Source: Kiritimatiellia bacterium
Lineage (GTDB): Bacteria > Verrucomicrobiota > Kiritimatiellia > RFP12 > UBA1067
Direction of reading: 5' to 3'
Assembly (NCBI GenBank): GCA_045220525.1
Contig: JBGUVV010000338.1
Location: forward strand, 1 to 34,570
Length of the DNA stretch: 34,570 bases
This document shows, piece after piece, positions 1-8,374 of the stretch; position 1 is the first letter of the stretch, and each line of letters starts with the position of its first letter. The notes below the pieces were generated by a model, which worked only from the letters and a program-made list of their open reading frames with translations, was not told the origin of the DNA and made no database searches. Made by a program: the position numbers and the translations under genes.

Positions 1-216
1 CACTGCGGCATCTTCAATGGGACGCGCGACGGATGTCTCGATCTCCTCGGGCGACGCGCCCGGATAGACGACTATGACCGACACGTAGGGCACGACGACG
101 TTCGGCACGATGTCGATGCCCATGTTGCGCGTTGCGAGCGTGCCGAAGAGCATCAGCACGATCAGGACGACGAGCGTCAGGACCGGACGGCGTATGGCTG
201 TATCAGAGAGAAACAT
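1..216 (-). CDS. RND (AcrB/HAE1-type) efflux pump inner-membrane permease, N-terminal 72 codons only (gene continues past window start)
   Basis: Minus-strand ATG at 216..214, open to position 1. My translation is MFLSDTAIRRPVLTLVVLIVLMLFGTLATRNMGIDIVPNVVVPYVSVIVVYPGASPEEIETSVARPIEDAAV, the canonical AcrB-family N-terminus (IRRPV, TM1, PGASPEE). It overlaps the adaptor gene stop by 14 nt. It is absent from the ORF track because it is truncated. Confidence 0.85.
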   Translation of the reverse strand, partial: MFLSDTAIRRPVLTLVVLIVLMLFGTLATRNMGIDIVPNVVVPYVSVIVVYPGASPEEIETSVARPIEDAAV

Positions 217-1315
217 CTTGCGTCCTCACCTCGTCGCCCTCGTTCACGAGCAGCATGCCTTCAAGAATGATCTTCTTCTCGGGGCCCAAGGCCGGGCGCG
301 CAATCTCGCGCCAGCCATCGGTTTCAAGACCGGCCTCGACTGCGATGCGCACAGCCTTGCCGTCAACAACCGCAAAGACAGCATCCGAACCGCCGCGGTC
401 CGCGACGGCCGCCGACGGCACTCCCTGCCCCGTGTGCGACGCGAAGACGATTTCACCGTCCAGCAGCATGCCGGCGGCGACATCGTCAGTGCGCGGCAGT
501 TGTGCACGAACCTCAAACGTCCGAGTTACGGCATTCACCGTCGGTGCACGGTATGTGATCGCAAGGTTGCGCACTCCTGCCAATGGATGATCCAAGCGCA
601 CAGTAGTTTCGCCAGGCTTCACGCGCGCGAAATGCGCGGCATTGAGCGAGAAGGAAATCTCGTAGACAGACGGATTTTCCACGTCGAAGACGCACTTGCC
701 AGGGCCGACGTAATCGCCGACGTTCTGATGCTTGCGCGTCACGATGGCGTCGTAGGGCGCTCGCACGCAAGAGTCGGAGAGGTTCTTCTCCGCTACGGCA
801 AGGCCCGTCTCGGCTTTCGTCACAGTCGCCTGCGCGGCCTCGAACGCGGCCGAAGCGGACTTCGCCGCGACTTCCGATTTTTCCAACGCGTCCTTCGTCA
901 CTGCCGCACCCTCGAAAAGCCTCGCCATGCGATCAGCGTCCAGCTTTGCCTTTCCGACCGTCGCCTCCGCCTGCGCAAGCTTCGCCTTCGCCATAGCAAG
1001 ATCGTCCTTTGCCGCGCGTACGGCGTTTTCGAGATTCTGGCGATCAACCTGAAAAAGCGCGTCTCCCTTCTTAACGCACGCGCCCTCTTCCACAAAGACG
1101 GCGTCAATCGTGCCGGGAATCCTCGCAGAGACGCCCGCCGCGTCCTTCGCCCGCACCGCGCCCTGCACGCGCAGCGCATCGACGAATGTCACGCCCTGCC
1201 GCGCCGCGCCGACGCGCACCAGCGGCCGCGTCTCCGGCTGTTCCGCAACTTGTTCGGAGCACCCCGCCGCCACGAGCGCGAGCGTCCACCCCAATTTCAC
1301 CCACCGCATTTTCAT
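203..1315 (-). CDS. RND efflux periplasmic adaptor (membrane fusion protein, HlyD/AcrA family) lipoprotein
   Basis: 370-aa ORF with a lipoprotein signal (LALVAAGC) and coiled-coil Ala/Lys-rich hairpin segments flanked by beta-barrel-like regions typical of MFPs. ATGA overlap with the upstream OMP gene and overlap with the downstream RND pump. Confidence 0.85.
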   Translation of the reverse strand: MKMRWVKLGWTLALVAAGCSEQVAEQPETRPLVRVGAARQGVTFVDALRVQGAVRAKDAAGVSARIPGTIDAVFVEEGACVKKGDALFQVDRQNLENAVRAAKDDLAMAKAKLAQAEATVGKAKLDADRMARLFEGAAVTKDALEKSEVAAKSASAAFEAAQATVTKAETGLAVAEKNLSDSCVRAPYDAIVTRKHQNVGDYVGPGKCVFDVENPSVYEISFSLNAAHFARVKPGETTVRLDHPLAGVRNLAITYRAPTVNAVTRTFEVRAQLPRTDDVAAGMLLDGEIVFASHTGQGVPSAAVADRGGSDAVFAVVDGKAVRIAVEAGLETDGWREIARPALGPEKKIILEGMLLVNEGDEVRTQDVSL

Positions 1316-2694
1316 TTCTTCTCCTTGTTTGTCACGTCGATTCCGACAGCTTGGCGAAGAAGGATGTCGGACATCGCCTCGCCATAAGCGGATTCCGCAA
1401 GCTTCGTATCCGCGTCTTCGCTCACCGCCAGCTTGTCAAGAACGGACGAAAGCGTTTCGTTGCCGTCCTCGTAACGCCGCGCCGCCGCCTCGTAGTCAAG
1501 ACGCGCGGCCTCGGCCCAGGCGCGGGCCGCTACCGCCTTCTGGCGCACGAGACGCCGCTGCCGCCAGCTGTCCGCCACGGCGATTACGACGGCCGTCATG
1601 CGCTCTTCCTGCAACTTGAACTCCGTTTCGCGCGTCGCCCGCGCGGCACGATATTGCTGCACAGTCCGAAAGCCCTCGAAAACGGCCCATGTCCCGACCA
1701 GAGATCCGGCCCATCCGCGAATCGTCACGTCCTCGATTGAGCCAGAGAGCCCGCCGCCGCCCAAGACGACGTTCGGCAAAAAGCCGGCCAACGCTTCAAT
1801 GACCTGCGCCTTGCGCAGTTCCAGCGTCTGGTCTCCGGCAGCGAGATCCTTGCGTGCGAGAAGTCCGTCCCACACCCATTCCTCCACTTGTTTCTCAGGC
1901 AGAGGCGAAAGCGCCAAAAGCGATTCGCCGGACACATTGAACTTTGCAAGCGGCCAGAGACGCAAAAGCCCCGCAAGCTCCTCCCGTGCCGCGGCAACAT
2001 CGTCGCGAGCCGCGTCCAGCGAAGTTTCGGCCAGCACACAACGCGCTTTGGCCCGCGCCGCGTCGGCCTGTAGCGCATAACCTTCTGACGCAAGCCGCGT
2101 CACGCGGTTGGTAAGGGCGCGGGCGCTCTCAAGCTGGCGCGTAGCCGTTTCTACGCGGCGCTCGGCGACGGCCATTTGGTAGAAAAGCGCGGCGACCTGC
2201 ACGTCAAGAAGCTGTTCCGCGCGTTCGCGCACGATGTCCTTGATGCGAACGCCATATTGCGACTCGGCGAACATCACCCATGCAACTGGCGTGAAGACAG
2301 GCTGGGCAACAATGAGCGACGCGGACTTTACCCGTAATTTGTTGTTTGCCAAGTCGCCGAGGTTTGGAACGTCATAAGCGCCGCCGTCGGCAAGGAGTCC
2401 ATTGGCGGAAAGCCCCACCGTCGGCAGAAACGCCGAGAACGCCGTCGCACGGTTGATGCGCGCAAGCTTTGCTTCAAGATCCTGCTGCGCAAGCTTAAGC
2501 GAACGTACATGCGCAAGCTCCAGCGCATTAGAGAGCGTCAGCACGCCTCCCGCCTCGGCGAGTACGCGCTCAGTCTCGGCTACAAGGTTCGTCCTAAACG
2601 TGTGCGCCGCATCTTCGCGATACGCGGCGTCTGGATTCGTGCACCCGGCAAGGACTCCCGCAACCAGCGCCAACAAAGACAATCGCCCGATCAT
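1312..2694 (-). CDS. Outer-membrane efflux protein (TolC/NodT-family lipoprotein)
   Basis: ORF 1312..2709. The likely true start is the ATG at 2694 (MIGRLSLLALVAGVLAGC lipobox), preceded by GGAGG at 2703-2707 on the minus strand. It has a two-repeat helical OEP-like sequence and sits first in the efflux operon after TetR. Confidence 0.8.
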   Translation of the reverse strand: MIGRLSLLALVAGVLAGCTNPDAAYREDAAHTFRTNLVAETERVLAEAGGVLTLSNALELAHVRSLKLAQQDLEAKLARINRATAFSAFLPTVGLSANGLLADGGAYDVPNLGDLANNKLRVKSASLIVAQPVFTPVAWVMFAESQYGVRIKDIVRERAEQLLDVQVAALFYQMAVAERRVETATRQLESARALTNRVTRLASEGYALQADAARAKARCVLAETSLDAARDDVAAAREELAGLLRLWPLAKFNVSGESLLALSPLPEKQVEEWVWDGLLARKDLAAGDQTLELRKAQVIEALAGFLPNVVLGGGGLSGSIEDVTIRGWAGSLVGTWAVFEGFRTVQQYRAARATRETEFKLQEERMTAVVIAVADSWRQRRLVRQKAVAARAWAEAARLDYEAAARRYEDGNETLSSVLDKLAVSEDADTKLAESAYGEAMSDILLRQAVGIDVTNKEKK

Positions 2695-2709
2695 GCCACT
2701 CGCCTCCAA

Positions 2710-3339
2710 TCAGCGCACGTGCCGCTTCGCGCGGTATTTCATCCCGGACATCGCCTGTCGATACACGAAATCGGCCATTGACTCACCCCACGCCTCCGCA
2801 TCTGCGTCTGCGGGGCGAAAGAGCGGATTCCACGAAGAATCCCTCAGCACACTGGCGCAAAGCTGCGACCATATCGAGTCGGCCCAGCGATACTGCTCGC
2901 GAACGTCATCGACTGCCATCGCAATGAGCCGCAGTAGGCTGTTCTGCACAGGGACGACATACCGTTCGCGCACAAGATTGCACATCGGGGACGGGTTGAC
3001 CATCTCCTGGCGGAAGAAACCCGCCGGAATGGCAGTGCCGCCCTTCGTAGCCAGCAATGCGCGCGAAACGCCGAATATCCAGCCGCGCACTGCCTCGCGC
3101 CAAGAACGCGCGTCAGACACGGCCGCGTCGATTCTGCAGAGCTCATCGCCCGTGTTCTCGTGGAAAAGCCGCTCCACGCACGCCTGGTAAAGCCCGTTCT
3201 TGTTGCGGAAGTAATAGTTGACCAAGGCGACGTTGACATTCGCCGCCTTGCATATCTCCCGCACGGTCACGAGCCTGAGGCCCTTCTCGGCGAAGAGCCT
3301 CATGGCAACGGCCATTATGCTGTCATTTGTCGCATCCAT
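2710..3339 (-). CDS. TetR/AcrR-family transcriptional regulator
   Basis: The N-terminal HTH signature AVAMRLFAEKGLRLVTVREICKAANVNVALVNYYFRNKNGLY is classic TetR_N. It lies directly upstream of the efflux genes. Confidence 0.9.
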   Translation of the reverse strand: MDATNDSIMAVAMRLFAEKGLRLVTVREICKAANVNVALVNYYFRNKNGLYQACVERLFHENTGDELCRIDAAVSDARSWREAVRGWIFGVSRALLATKGGTAIPAGFFRQEMVNPSPMCNLVRERYVVPVQNSLLRLIAMAVDDVREQYRWADSIWSQLCASVLRDSSWNPLFRPADADAEAWGESMADFVYRQAMSGMKYRAKRHVR

Positions 3340-3358
3340 CTTAAACCCTTGTTTTAAA

Positions 3359-3408
3359 CACTTGTATAATATACCAAATTCGCCCTCTACTTACAAGTGG
3401 CAATTGCC
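3359..3408 (-). promoter_or_regulatory. Putative promoter/operator of the tetR-efflux operon
   Basis: AT-rich 75-nt intergenic region. The minus strand reads TTGTAA (3396..3391), a 17-nt spacer, then TGgTATATT (extended -10, 3376..3368). An 11-bp palindrome GTATA-A-TATAC (3364..3374) overlaps the -10. 8-bp inverted arms CACTTGTA (3359-3366) and TACAAGTG (3392-3399) flank the core promoter. A 10-bp palindrome GGCAATTGCC lies at 3399-3408. Confidence 0.5.
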
Positions 3409-3414
3409 TTAAAG

Positions 3415-4983
3415 CTACTTGCAGCGAATCGGGCCGCGCACAGTCGGCACGACGCCGGAGACGTGGAGTTTTCCGCAACGCGGCTCGCACGTGTACGTCC
3501 TGAAACCCGGGCTCGTTGGACGCACTCCGAGGACATAGCGGTTTATGATGTTGAGAGGAGGCGTGCCCCAGGCATGGTTCCAGTCCAAATTCGGCTTCGC
3601 CTTGAGGTTCCACGCCTCCATAGTGACCGTCGAGCCCTGCGCCATCATTCCAAGCCAAGACCGGTCGGAGTCGGAAACCATGAGCGCAATCGCATCTTCG
3701 TCCCTGCCAGCCTCGAAAAGCGCCTCAAGGAGATACTGCGCGAAGTAAACGCTGCAAGCCATCCCCTTGGAAACGAGGAAGTCGGCGATGCGATCCCTGC
3801 GCTCGGCCCTGACAAGCCCGAACGCAAGCGCCGCGGCGTTCGCATGTAGCGACGAATGGTCCGTGCCCTCGCCATCGGCATAGAGCCCGGTCGTCTCTCT
3901 GTAGAACGCCCTTTCGAACGATCCACGCACTTTCTTCGCGCGCGCGGCGAAAAACGCCGCGTCGCCTTTCCTGCCAAGCGCACCTGCAATGTCGCGCATC
4001 TCGTTTAGGTTCCGGAAATGGAAGGCGTTGACAACGGCGTTCACCGGCTTGAACACGAATCCGTCGCGCTCGCCCACTGGCCAGTCCACGATGTCGCACT
4101 GAGAGGAACGACCCTGCTCCGGGAAGGATACGAGGAGCCCGTCCTCGCGCGCGAGGTTGAGAAGCAGCTTCTCGTCCCTTAGGCGCTCGTAGTATTTCGC
4201 AACGAGGTTAGTGGAGCCCGAGTACATCCAGTCCGCCCACGCCATCATCACCATGTGCTGCGCCCATTCGGTTGGCCACGTCGGATGCTCCATCAGGAAG
4301 TCGAACGTGCGGCGCCCCATCTCGAAGTCCGCCTCCACGGCGTAATGCCCCAGCTGGTTGATGTATGCATCCGCCTCGTATGGAATCCGCTCGCGGTCGC
4401 CGTCGACATACACTCCTGCGAAGCTCGTAGCCCAGATAGAATATTTGCAGAACTCGTAAACCCTGTTGAGCCTCTCGTCATCGCACATGAACGACGATGC
4501 GGACATGTCCATCGTCCAGTGAAGGACGTTCCGCCTAATGCCCTTCGCCCCCGCCTCGCCAGGCTCAGACACGACCTCTACGTACCTGAACGGCATCACG
4601 ACGCCGAACTTCTCCGGGATGGGATACGCATGCGTCTTCCCGTTGCGGCCTTTCGTGTTTCGCGGGTCCGCGACGAACGGGACCCGTTCAAAGCCCTTCC
4701 CGGCCGACCTGCCGCAGACCTCCGCGAAGCGAATCGTCCCGCCAGGCTCCATGTCAACGCGCCCGTCCGCGCCAAGCTTCTCGCCAACGCGGACAACGTA
4801 GTCGCCGGCCGAGGTGTCGATTTCAAGCCAGCCAAACGCCGCCCTGCCGAAATCGACAAGCGTCGAGCCACGCGCCGTACGCGAGGCCCTCTCCGGAATC
4901 TGCAACGACACCGCCACGCCGCCATCGGCCCCGGCAGCGCACGCAACCGACAAGACGCAAAGCGAAATCCTGGCGATGCTCAT
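3415..4983 (-). CDS. Secreted GH78-like (alpha-L-rhamnosidase family, six-hairpin) glycoside hydrolase
   Basis: The track ORF 3415..5355 is over-extended. The internal ATG at 4983 gives a signal peptide (MSIARISLCVLSVACAAG) and forms an ATGA overlap with the upstream gene stop. Motifs such as DGDRERIPYEADAY and a C-terminal region resemble bacterial rhamnosidase catalytic domains. The family call is from memory of motifs only. Confidence 0.6.
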   Translation of the reverse strand: MSIARISLCVLSVACAAGADGGVAVSLQIPERASRTARGSTLVDFGRAAFGWLEIDTSAGDYVVRVGEKLGADGRVDMEPGGTIRFAEVCGRSAGKGFERVPFVADPRNTKGRNGKTHAYPIPEKFGVVMPFRYVEVVSEPGEAGAKGIRRNVLHWTMDMSASSFMCDDERLNRVYEFCKYSIWATSFAGVYVDGDRERIPYEADAYINQLGHYAVEADFEMGRRTFDFLMEHPTWPTEWAQHMVMMAWADWMYSGSTNLVAKYYERLRDEKLLLNLAREDGLLVSFPEQGRSSQCDIVDWPVGERDGFVFKPVNAVVNAFHFRNLNEMRDIAGALGRKGDAAFFAARAKKVRGSFERAFYRETTGLYADGEGTDHSSLHANAAALAFGLVRAERRDRIADFLVSKGMACSVYFAQYLLEALFEAGRDEDAIALMVSDSDRSWLGMMAQGSTVTMEAWNLKAKPNLDWNHAWGTPPLNIINRYVLGVRPTSPGFRTYTCEPRCGKLHVSGVVPTVRGPIRCK

Positions 4984-5642
4984 GAGCCGTGATGCCGGAA
5001 CACAGGATCGCGCCCGGTGAACACGGGGACGCCAAGGTGATACTTTATCGCCAAGGCGCGGATCGCGAAAATCATGGCGGTTCCGGCAACGTTCCTCACG
5101 TAGAGGTTCTCGACGCCGAGATAGGGGAGGATAAAGTAGAGCGCCCCGCCTGCGGCGCATGCAAGGGCATACAGTTCCTTGCGGAATATGAGCGGGACCT
5201 CGTTGATGCATATGTCGCGGATTATGCCGCCGAAGACGGCCGTGATCACGCCAAGCAGGATGGCGCACCACCAGGACCCGTAGCCGTAGATGACGGCCTT
5301 CTGCAGGCCGATCATCATGAAAAGCGAGATCGATATCGTGTCGAAAATGAACCACGTTATCTGGCCGCTTATGAACCGCCGCCCGAAAAGCCCTACGGCA
5401 AGGACCGCAAGGCCCGTGGTCGCCATGTAAAAGGGATCGGACATCCAGAACGGCTCCTGACGCATGAGCATGTCGCGCAACGTCCCGCCGCCGACGGCGG
5501 TGATGACTCCGATCACGCTCGCGCCAAACCAGTCGAATCGCTTGGCGCTCGCGAGGCGCACGCCCGATACGGCGCCCGCGAACGTCCCGATGAACTCGAG
5601 AAGGCGTATAAAAAAGTCGATTTCTTCCTTGATGTCCGGCAT
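4980..5642 (-). CDS. TRIC/UPF0126 (YadS-like) trimeric cation channel family membrane protein
   Basis: Two internal repeats each carry the glycine-rich GV(I)TAVGGGTLRD / GVITAVFGGIIRD motif typical of UPF0126. The start is chosen at MPDIKEE (5642) because the longer ORF would overlap the upstream gene. Confidence 0.75.
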   Translation of the reverse strand: MPDIKEEIDFFIRLLEFIGTFAGAVSGVRLASAKRFDWFGASVIGVITAVGGGTLRDMLMRQEPFWMSDPFYMATTGLAVLAVGLFGRRFISGQITWFIFDTISISLFMMIGLQKAVIYGYGSWWCAILLGVITAVFGGIIRDICINEVPLIFRKELYALACAAGGALYFILPYLGVENLYVRNVAGTAMIFAIRALAIKYHLGVPVFTGRDPVFRHHGS

Positions 5643-5649
5643 TCGGATG

Positions 5650-6270
5650 CTACTGCGCGCTCTTCTCAAGACGCCTGATGGCCTTCTCCGTCGCCTCTAT
5701 GCGGGCCGTGGAGAGGTCGTCGTCCTTGCTGGCCGCCTTGAGGGCGTCGAGCCTTGCGAGCGCCTTCGCCTTGTCGCCGGCCTGCGCAATGCACCTCGCG
5801 GCGCCAAGACGCGCCGTAAGCGTGAGGTAGTTGTTCGTGTTGGCCTCGGCAAACGCGTCGAACGCGGCGGCTGCGTCGTCGAAACGGCCAAGGGCCTCAA
5901 GGCACTGCGCCTTGCCGACGACCGGTATGTCGCCGAAGCCATCCACCGGCTTCGCAGCAAGCTCTTCGTAGATCGCCATGGACTCTTCGAAGCGGCCCGC
6001 GTCGTAATAGCTCTTGGCGAGGCGAATCTTGAGCGGCCCCGACGCCGCCATTCCGCCGAACTTCGACACCGCCTCTTCCAGCTCTTCGGCAGTGTAGGCG
6101 CTTACAAGCGCATCCGACGCGGCGTCGTGCCTTGCAGCGCGGTAGCTTTTCCAGCCGTACCATCCCGCAACCGCGATTGCGGCGACAGCCAGGAGGATGA
6201 CGGTCTGCTTGCCGTCCTTTTCCCACCATTCCACGAGTGGCAGAAGTTCAGGGTTAGTCTTGAGGTTCAT
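5650..6270 (-). CDS. YfgM-like membrane-anchored TPR-like protein (TPR_21-type)
   Basis: N-terminal WWEKDGKQ followed by a single TM (VILLAVAAIAVAGWYGW), then Ala-rich TPR-like helices. It overlaps the pcnB stop by 17 nt. Confidence 0.6.
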   Translation of the reverse strand: MNLKTNPELLPLVEWWEKDGKQTVILLAVAAIAVAGWYGWKSYRAARHDAASDALVSAYTAEELEEAVSKFGGMAASGPLKIRLAKSYYDAGRFEESMAIYEELAAKPVDGFGDIPVVGKAQCLEALGRFDDAAAAFDAFAEANTNNYLTLTARLGAARCIAQAGDKAKALARLDALKAASKDDDLSTARIEATEKAIRRLEKSAQ

Positions 6271-7465
6271 CTTGGTTTCCTTTCTCGTCGTATAAGTCGG
6301 CCCATTTGTTCAGAATGTCTTCGCTGCGCCCTTCGGCCCTGAGCACTATGCGGTTGTAGTCGAGCGCGTCGAGGAAGTCCCTGTTGTATATGAAGCGCTG
6401 CTTGCCCCTCGTCGGCGGGGTCGAAAGGCGCTTTATGGACTCCATCAGGAGGACCCCCGTGAAATACACGGCCTTCGGGGTGCTGAGCGCGGCATGCATT
6501 TCCTGCATTATGCGCCGCCCTGCGCCATCGCGGTTTTCCGCGCGGAGCATTCCGGTGAGGAGCACCGCCGCGCGCAGCCCGTTGGAGACTTCAAGGCCCT
6601 TGCCCGCCATCATCCTCTCGTACTCGTCGAGGACGTCAAGATACCTGAACGTCGGGGACTTCTTCCCTCCGCTCGCGTCTATGAACTTCGAGAGCGACGG
6701 CAGCAGGTCGCCGAGCATCCCGCACTCGTACATGAGCCTGAACGCCTCTGCGCTGTGGCCATACGGGAAAAGGCGGAAAACCTCTTCGCAGACTCGCGGA
6801 ACCGCCGCACTCAGGATGCAGGAATGCCACTTCTTCATCGCGGCCGCCGTCTTGCGCTCGATGCGGAAGCCGAGCTTCGCCGAGAACCTCACGGCCCGCA
6901 TCATCCTGACGGGGTCCTCGCGGAACCTGATCTCGGGCTCGCCGATTGTCCTTATGATCTTCTTCTCGAGGTCCTTCATTCCCCCGACCCAGTCTATTAC
7001 CGAGAAGTCCTTTATGTCGTAAAAGAGCCCGTTGACAGTGAAGTCGCGACGGTATGCGTCCGTCTCCGGCGTGCCGAACGTGTTGTCCTCGTGCGGGCCC
7101 TCGGCGGCATGCTCGATTATCTCGCCCACGGTCTGGGAATCGCGCCTGAAAGTGGCCGTCTCTATGACCTTGCTGCCGAAGCGGATGTGCGCAAGGCGGA
7201 ACCTGCGCCCGATCAAGAAGCAGTTGCGGAACGCGCTTTTGACCTCGCCGGGACTCGCGGACGTGCCGACGTCGAAATCCTTCGGCTTCCGGCCCATCAG
7301 GAGGTCCCTCACGCCGCCGCCCACGAGATACGCCGTGTAGCCAAGCTGCGAAAGCCTGTAGAGGACTTTCAGCGCGTCAGGGTCGATGTTTTTACTGGAA
7401 ATGCAGTGCTCCGGACGTTTGTAAACGACCGGACGCCTCTTTCGTCTTTTCAGGAAATCAAGCAT
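6254..7465 (-). CDS. pcnB: Poly(A) polymerase I / tRNA nucleotidyltransferase family
   Basis: GGGVRDLLMGRKPKDFDVGTSASPGEVKSAFRNCFLIGRRFRLAHIRFG closely matches the PcnB head-domain signature. Confidence 0.85.
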   Translation of the reverse strand: MLDFLKRRKRRPVVYKRPEHCISSKNIDPDALKVLYRLSQLGYTAYLVGGGVRDLLMGRKPKDFDVGTSASPGEVKSAFRNCFLIGRRFRLAHIRFGSKVIETATFRRDSQTVGEIIEHAAEGPHEDNTFGTPETDAYRRDFTVNGLFYDIKDFSVIDWVGGMKDLEKKIIRTIGEPEIRFREDPVRMMRAVRFSAKLGFRIERKTAAAMKKWHSCILSAAVPRVCEEVFRLFPYGHSAEAFRLMYECGMLGDLLPSLSKFIDASGGKKSPTFRYLDVLDEYERMMAGKGLEVSNGLRAAVLLTGMLRAENRDGAGRRIMQEMHAALSTPKAVYFTGVLLMESIKRLSTPPTRGKQRFIYNRDFLDALDYNRIVLRAEGRSEDILNKWADLYDEKGNQDEPQD

Positions 7466-7474
7466 TGAAGTGGT

Positions 7475-7503
7475 ATTTTACCAAAAAGCCGCGCAACTAT
7501 CAA
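7475..7503 (-). promoter_or_regulatory. Putative sigma-70 promoter of the pcnB operon (leaderless-type spacing)
   Basis: The minus strand reads TTGATA (7503..7498), a 17-nt spacer, then TGgTAAAAT (-10 hexamer 7480..7475). Only 9 nt separate the -10 from the pcnB ATG at 7465, with no Shine-Dalgarno between them. Confidence 0.55.
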
Positions 7504-7519
7504 TCTGTGCAGCGGGCGG

Positions 7520-8374
7520 TCATAGATGGTTGGGCGTCATGTCGTAGTAGTCGAAGATGCGCTTGCGCACGCCGTTCGCGTCGATGCGCCTCAATCCTGA
7601 CTCGTATGCATCCACTACGGACTTGGCGAACTCCGGATCGAGGCCGGACACGTGCAGAAGCACAGGGTCGTTGGCGATGGGACGCGACGTCCTGAACCTC
7701 TGGAGTACGCGCGCCGACGTCATCTCCTGGGAAGCAGTCGAAGCCTCGCCGGTCGCAACGAACGCATCGGCCTTCCCCGCCTCGATTATCGCGGCTATGT
7801 CGCCGACAGAAGTGCCCTCCTCCACGATCTGGAAACGGTCAGATCCCTCTCCAAAGCGCTTCTGGCGGGCACGCATGACCTCGTAGTCGAGAAGGGACTC
7901 GTAGACGACAAGGCGCAGCTTGTCGAGCGACTCTGGCCCCGTGTAGCGCCACGGATTGCCGCGCAGCGTCTTGACTACGAGCGACGCCGTTGCCATAGGC
8001 GTAGGCGCGCGCACCGAGTGTTCCAGGGCGGGATGCGCTCCAAACCCGACCACGACGGCCGCAGGGTCTTCGGCAAGGACCTTGGCGAAACCTGCCACTG
8101 GGCAAGGGAGATATCGCACTTCCGCATGGGGGAATATCGCCCGCATGACGTCGAGAAGGACGCCGTTGCGGTTCGTTATCCTGTTTTCCACGGCGTAGTT
8201 CAGCCACCTTACGTAGTAGATGTGCACTCTTGGCTCGCCGGAGGATTCCGCCTTCGCCGCGACAGGCGAAGCTGGAACGGAGCCGACGTTCTTCGGAACC
8301 AGCCCCGAGATCATCTTCACCGCGAGAATCGCCACAAACGCAATGAGCAGCGCAATGTTCAGCTTCTTTATCAT
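7520..8374 (-). CDS. Membrane-anchored periplasmic substrate-binding-like (PBP type 2 / family 3 SBP-like) protein, last gene of the Tad-like operon
   Basis: The start at MIKKLNIALLIAFVAIL (8374) forms an ATGA overlap with the upstream stop. The overall pattern (YYVRWLNY..., LLDVMRAIF, later DAFVATGE) resembles orphan amino-acid-type SBP folds. The call is tentative. Confidence 0.5.
   Translation of the reverse strand: MIKKLNIALLIAFVAILAVKMISGLVPKNVGSVPASPVAAKAESSGEPRVHIYYVRWLNYAVENRITNRNGVLLDVMRAIFPHAEVRYLPCPVAGFAKVLAEDPAAVVVGFGAHPALEHSVRAPTPMATASLVVKTLRGNPWRYTGPESLDKLRLVVYESLLDYEVMRARQKRFGEGSDRFQIVEEGTSVGDIAAIIEAGKADAFVATGEASTASQEMTSARVLQRFRTSRPIANDPVLLHVSGLDPEFAKSVVDAYESGLRRIDANGVRKRIFDYYDMTPNHL

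Noticed and set aside
110-1387. 425-aa plus-strand ORF, and similar plus-strand ORFs (for example 16295-17767, 18441-19700, 25947-27398, 32199-33422)
   Set aside because: All lie opposite well-supported minus-strand genes, are Arg/Pro/Ala-rich, and lack RBS or start context. They are not reported as genes.
4984-5355. N-terminal extensions of track ORFs (3415-5355, 12147-13676, 16781-17815, 29774-30712, 25557-27599)
   Set aside because: The extensions overlap the preceding genes in another frame and encode Arg/His-rich junk. Internal starts give proper signal peptides or canonical N-termini and ATGA/TGATG coupling with the upstream stops.
7466-7519. Rho-independent terminator at the end of the Tad-like operon
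   Set aside because: Only a 4-bp CCGC/GCGG pairing precedes the T5 run, which is not a convincing hairpin. The T-run is part of the pcnB promoter spacer.
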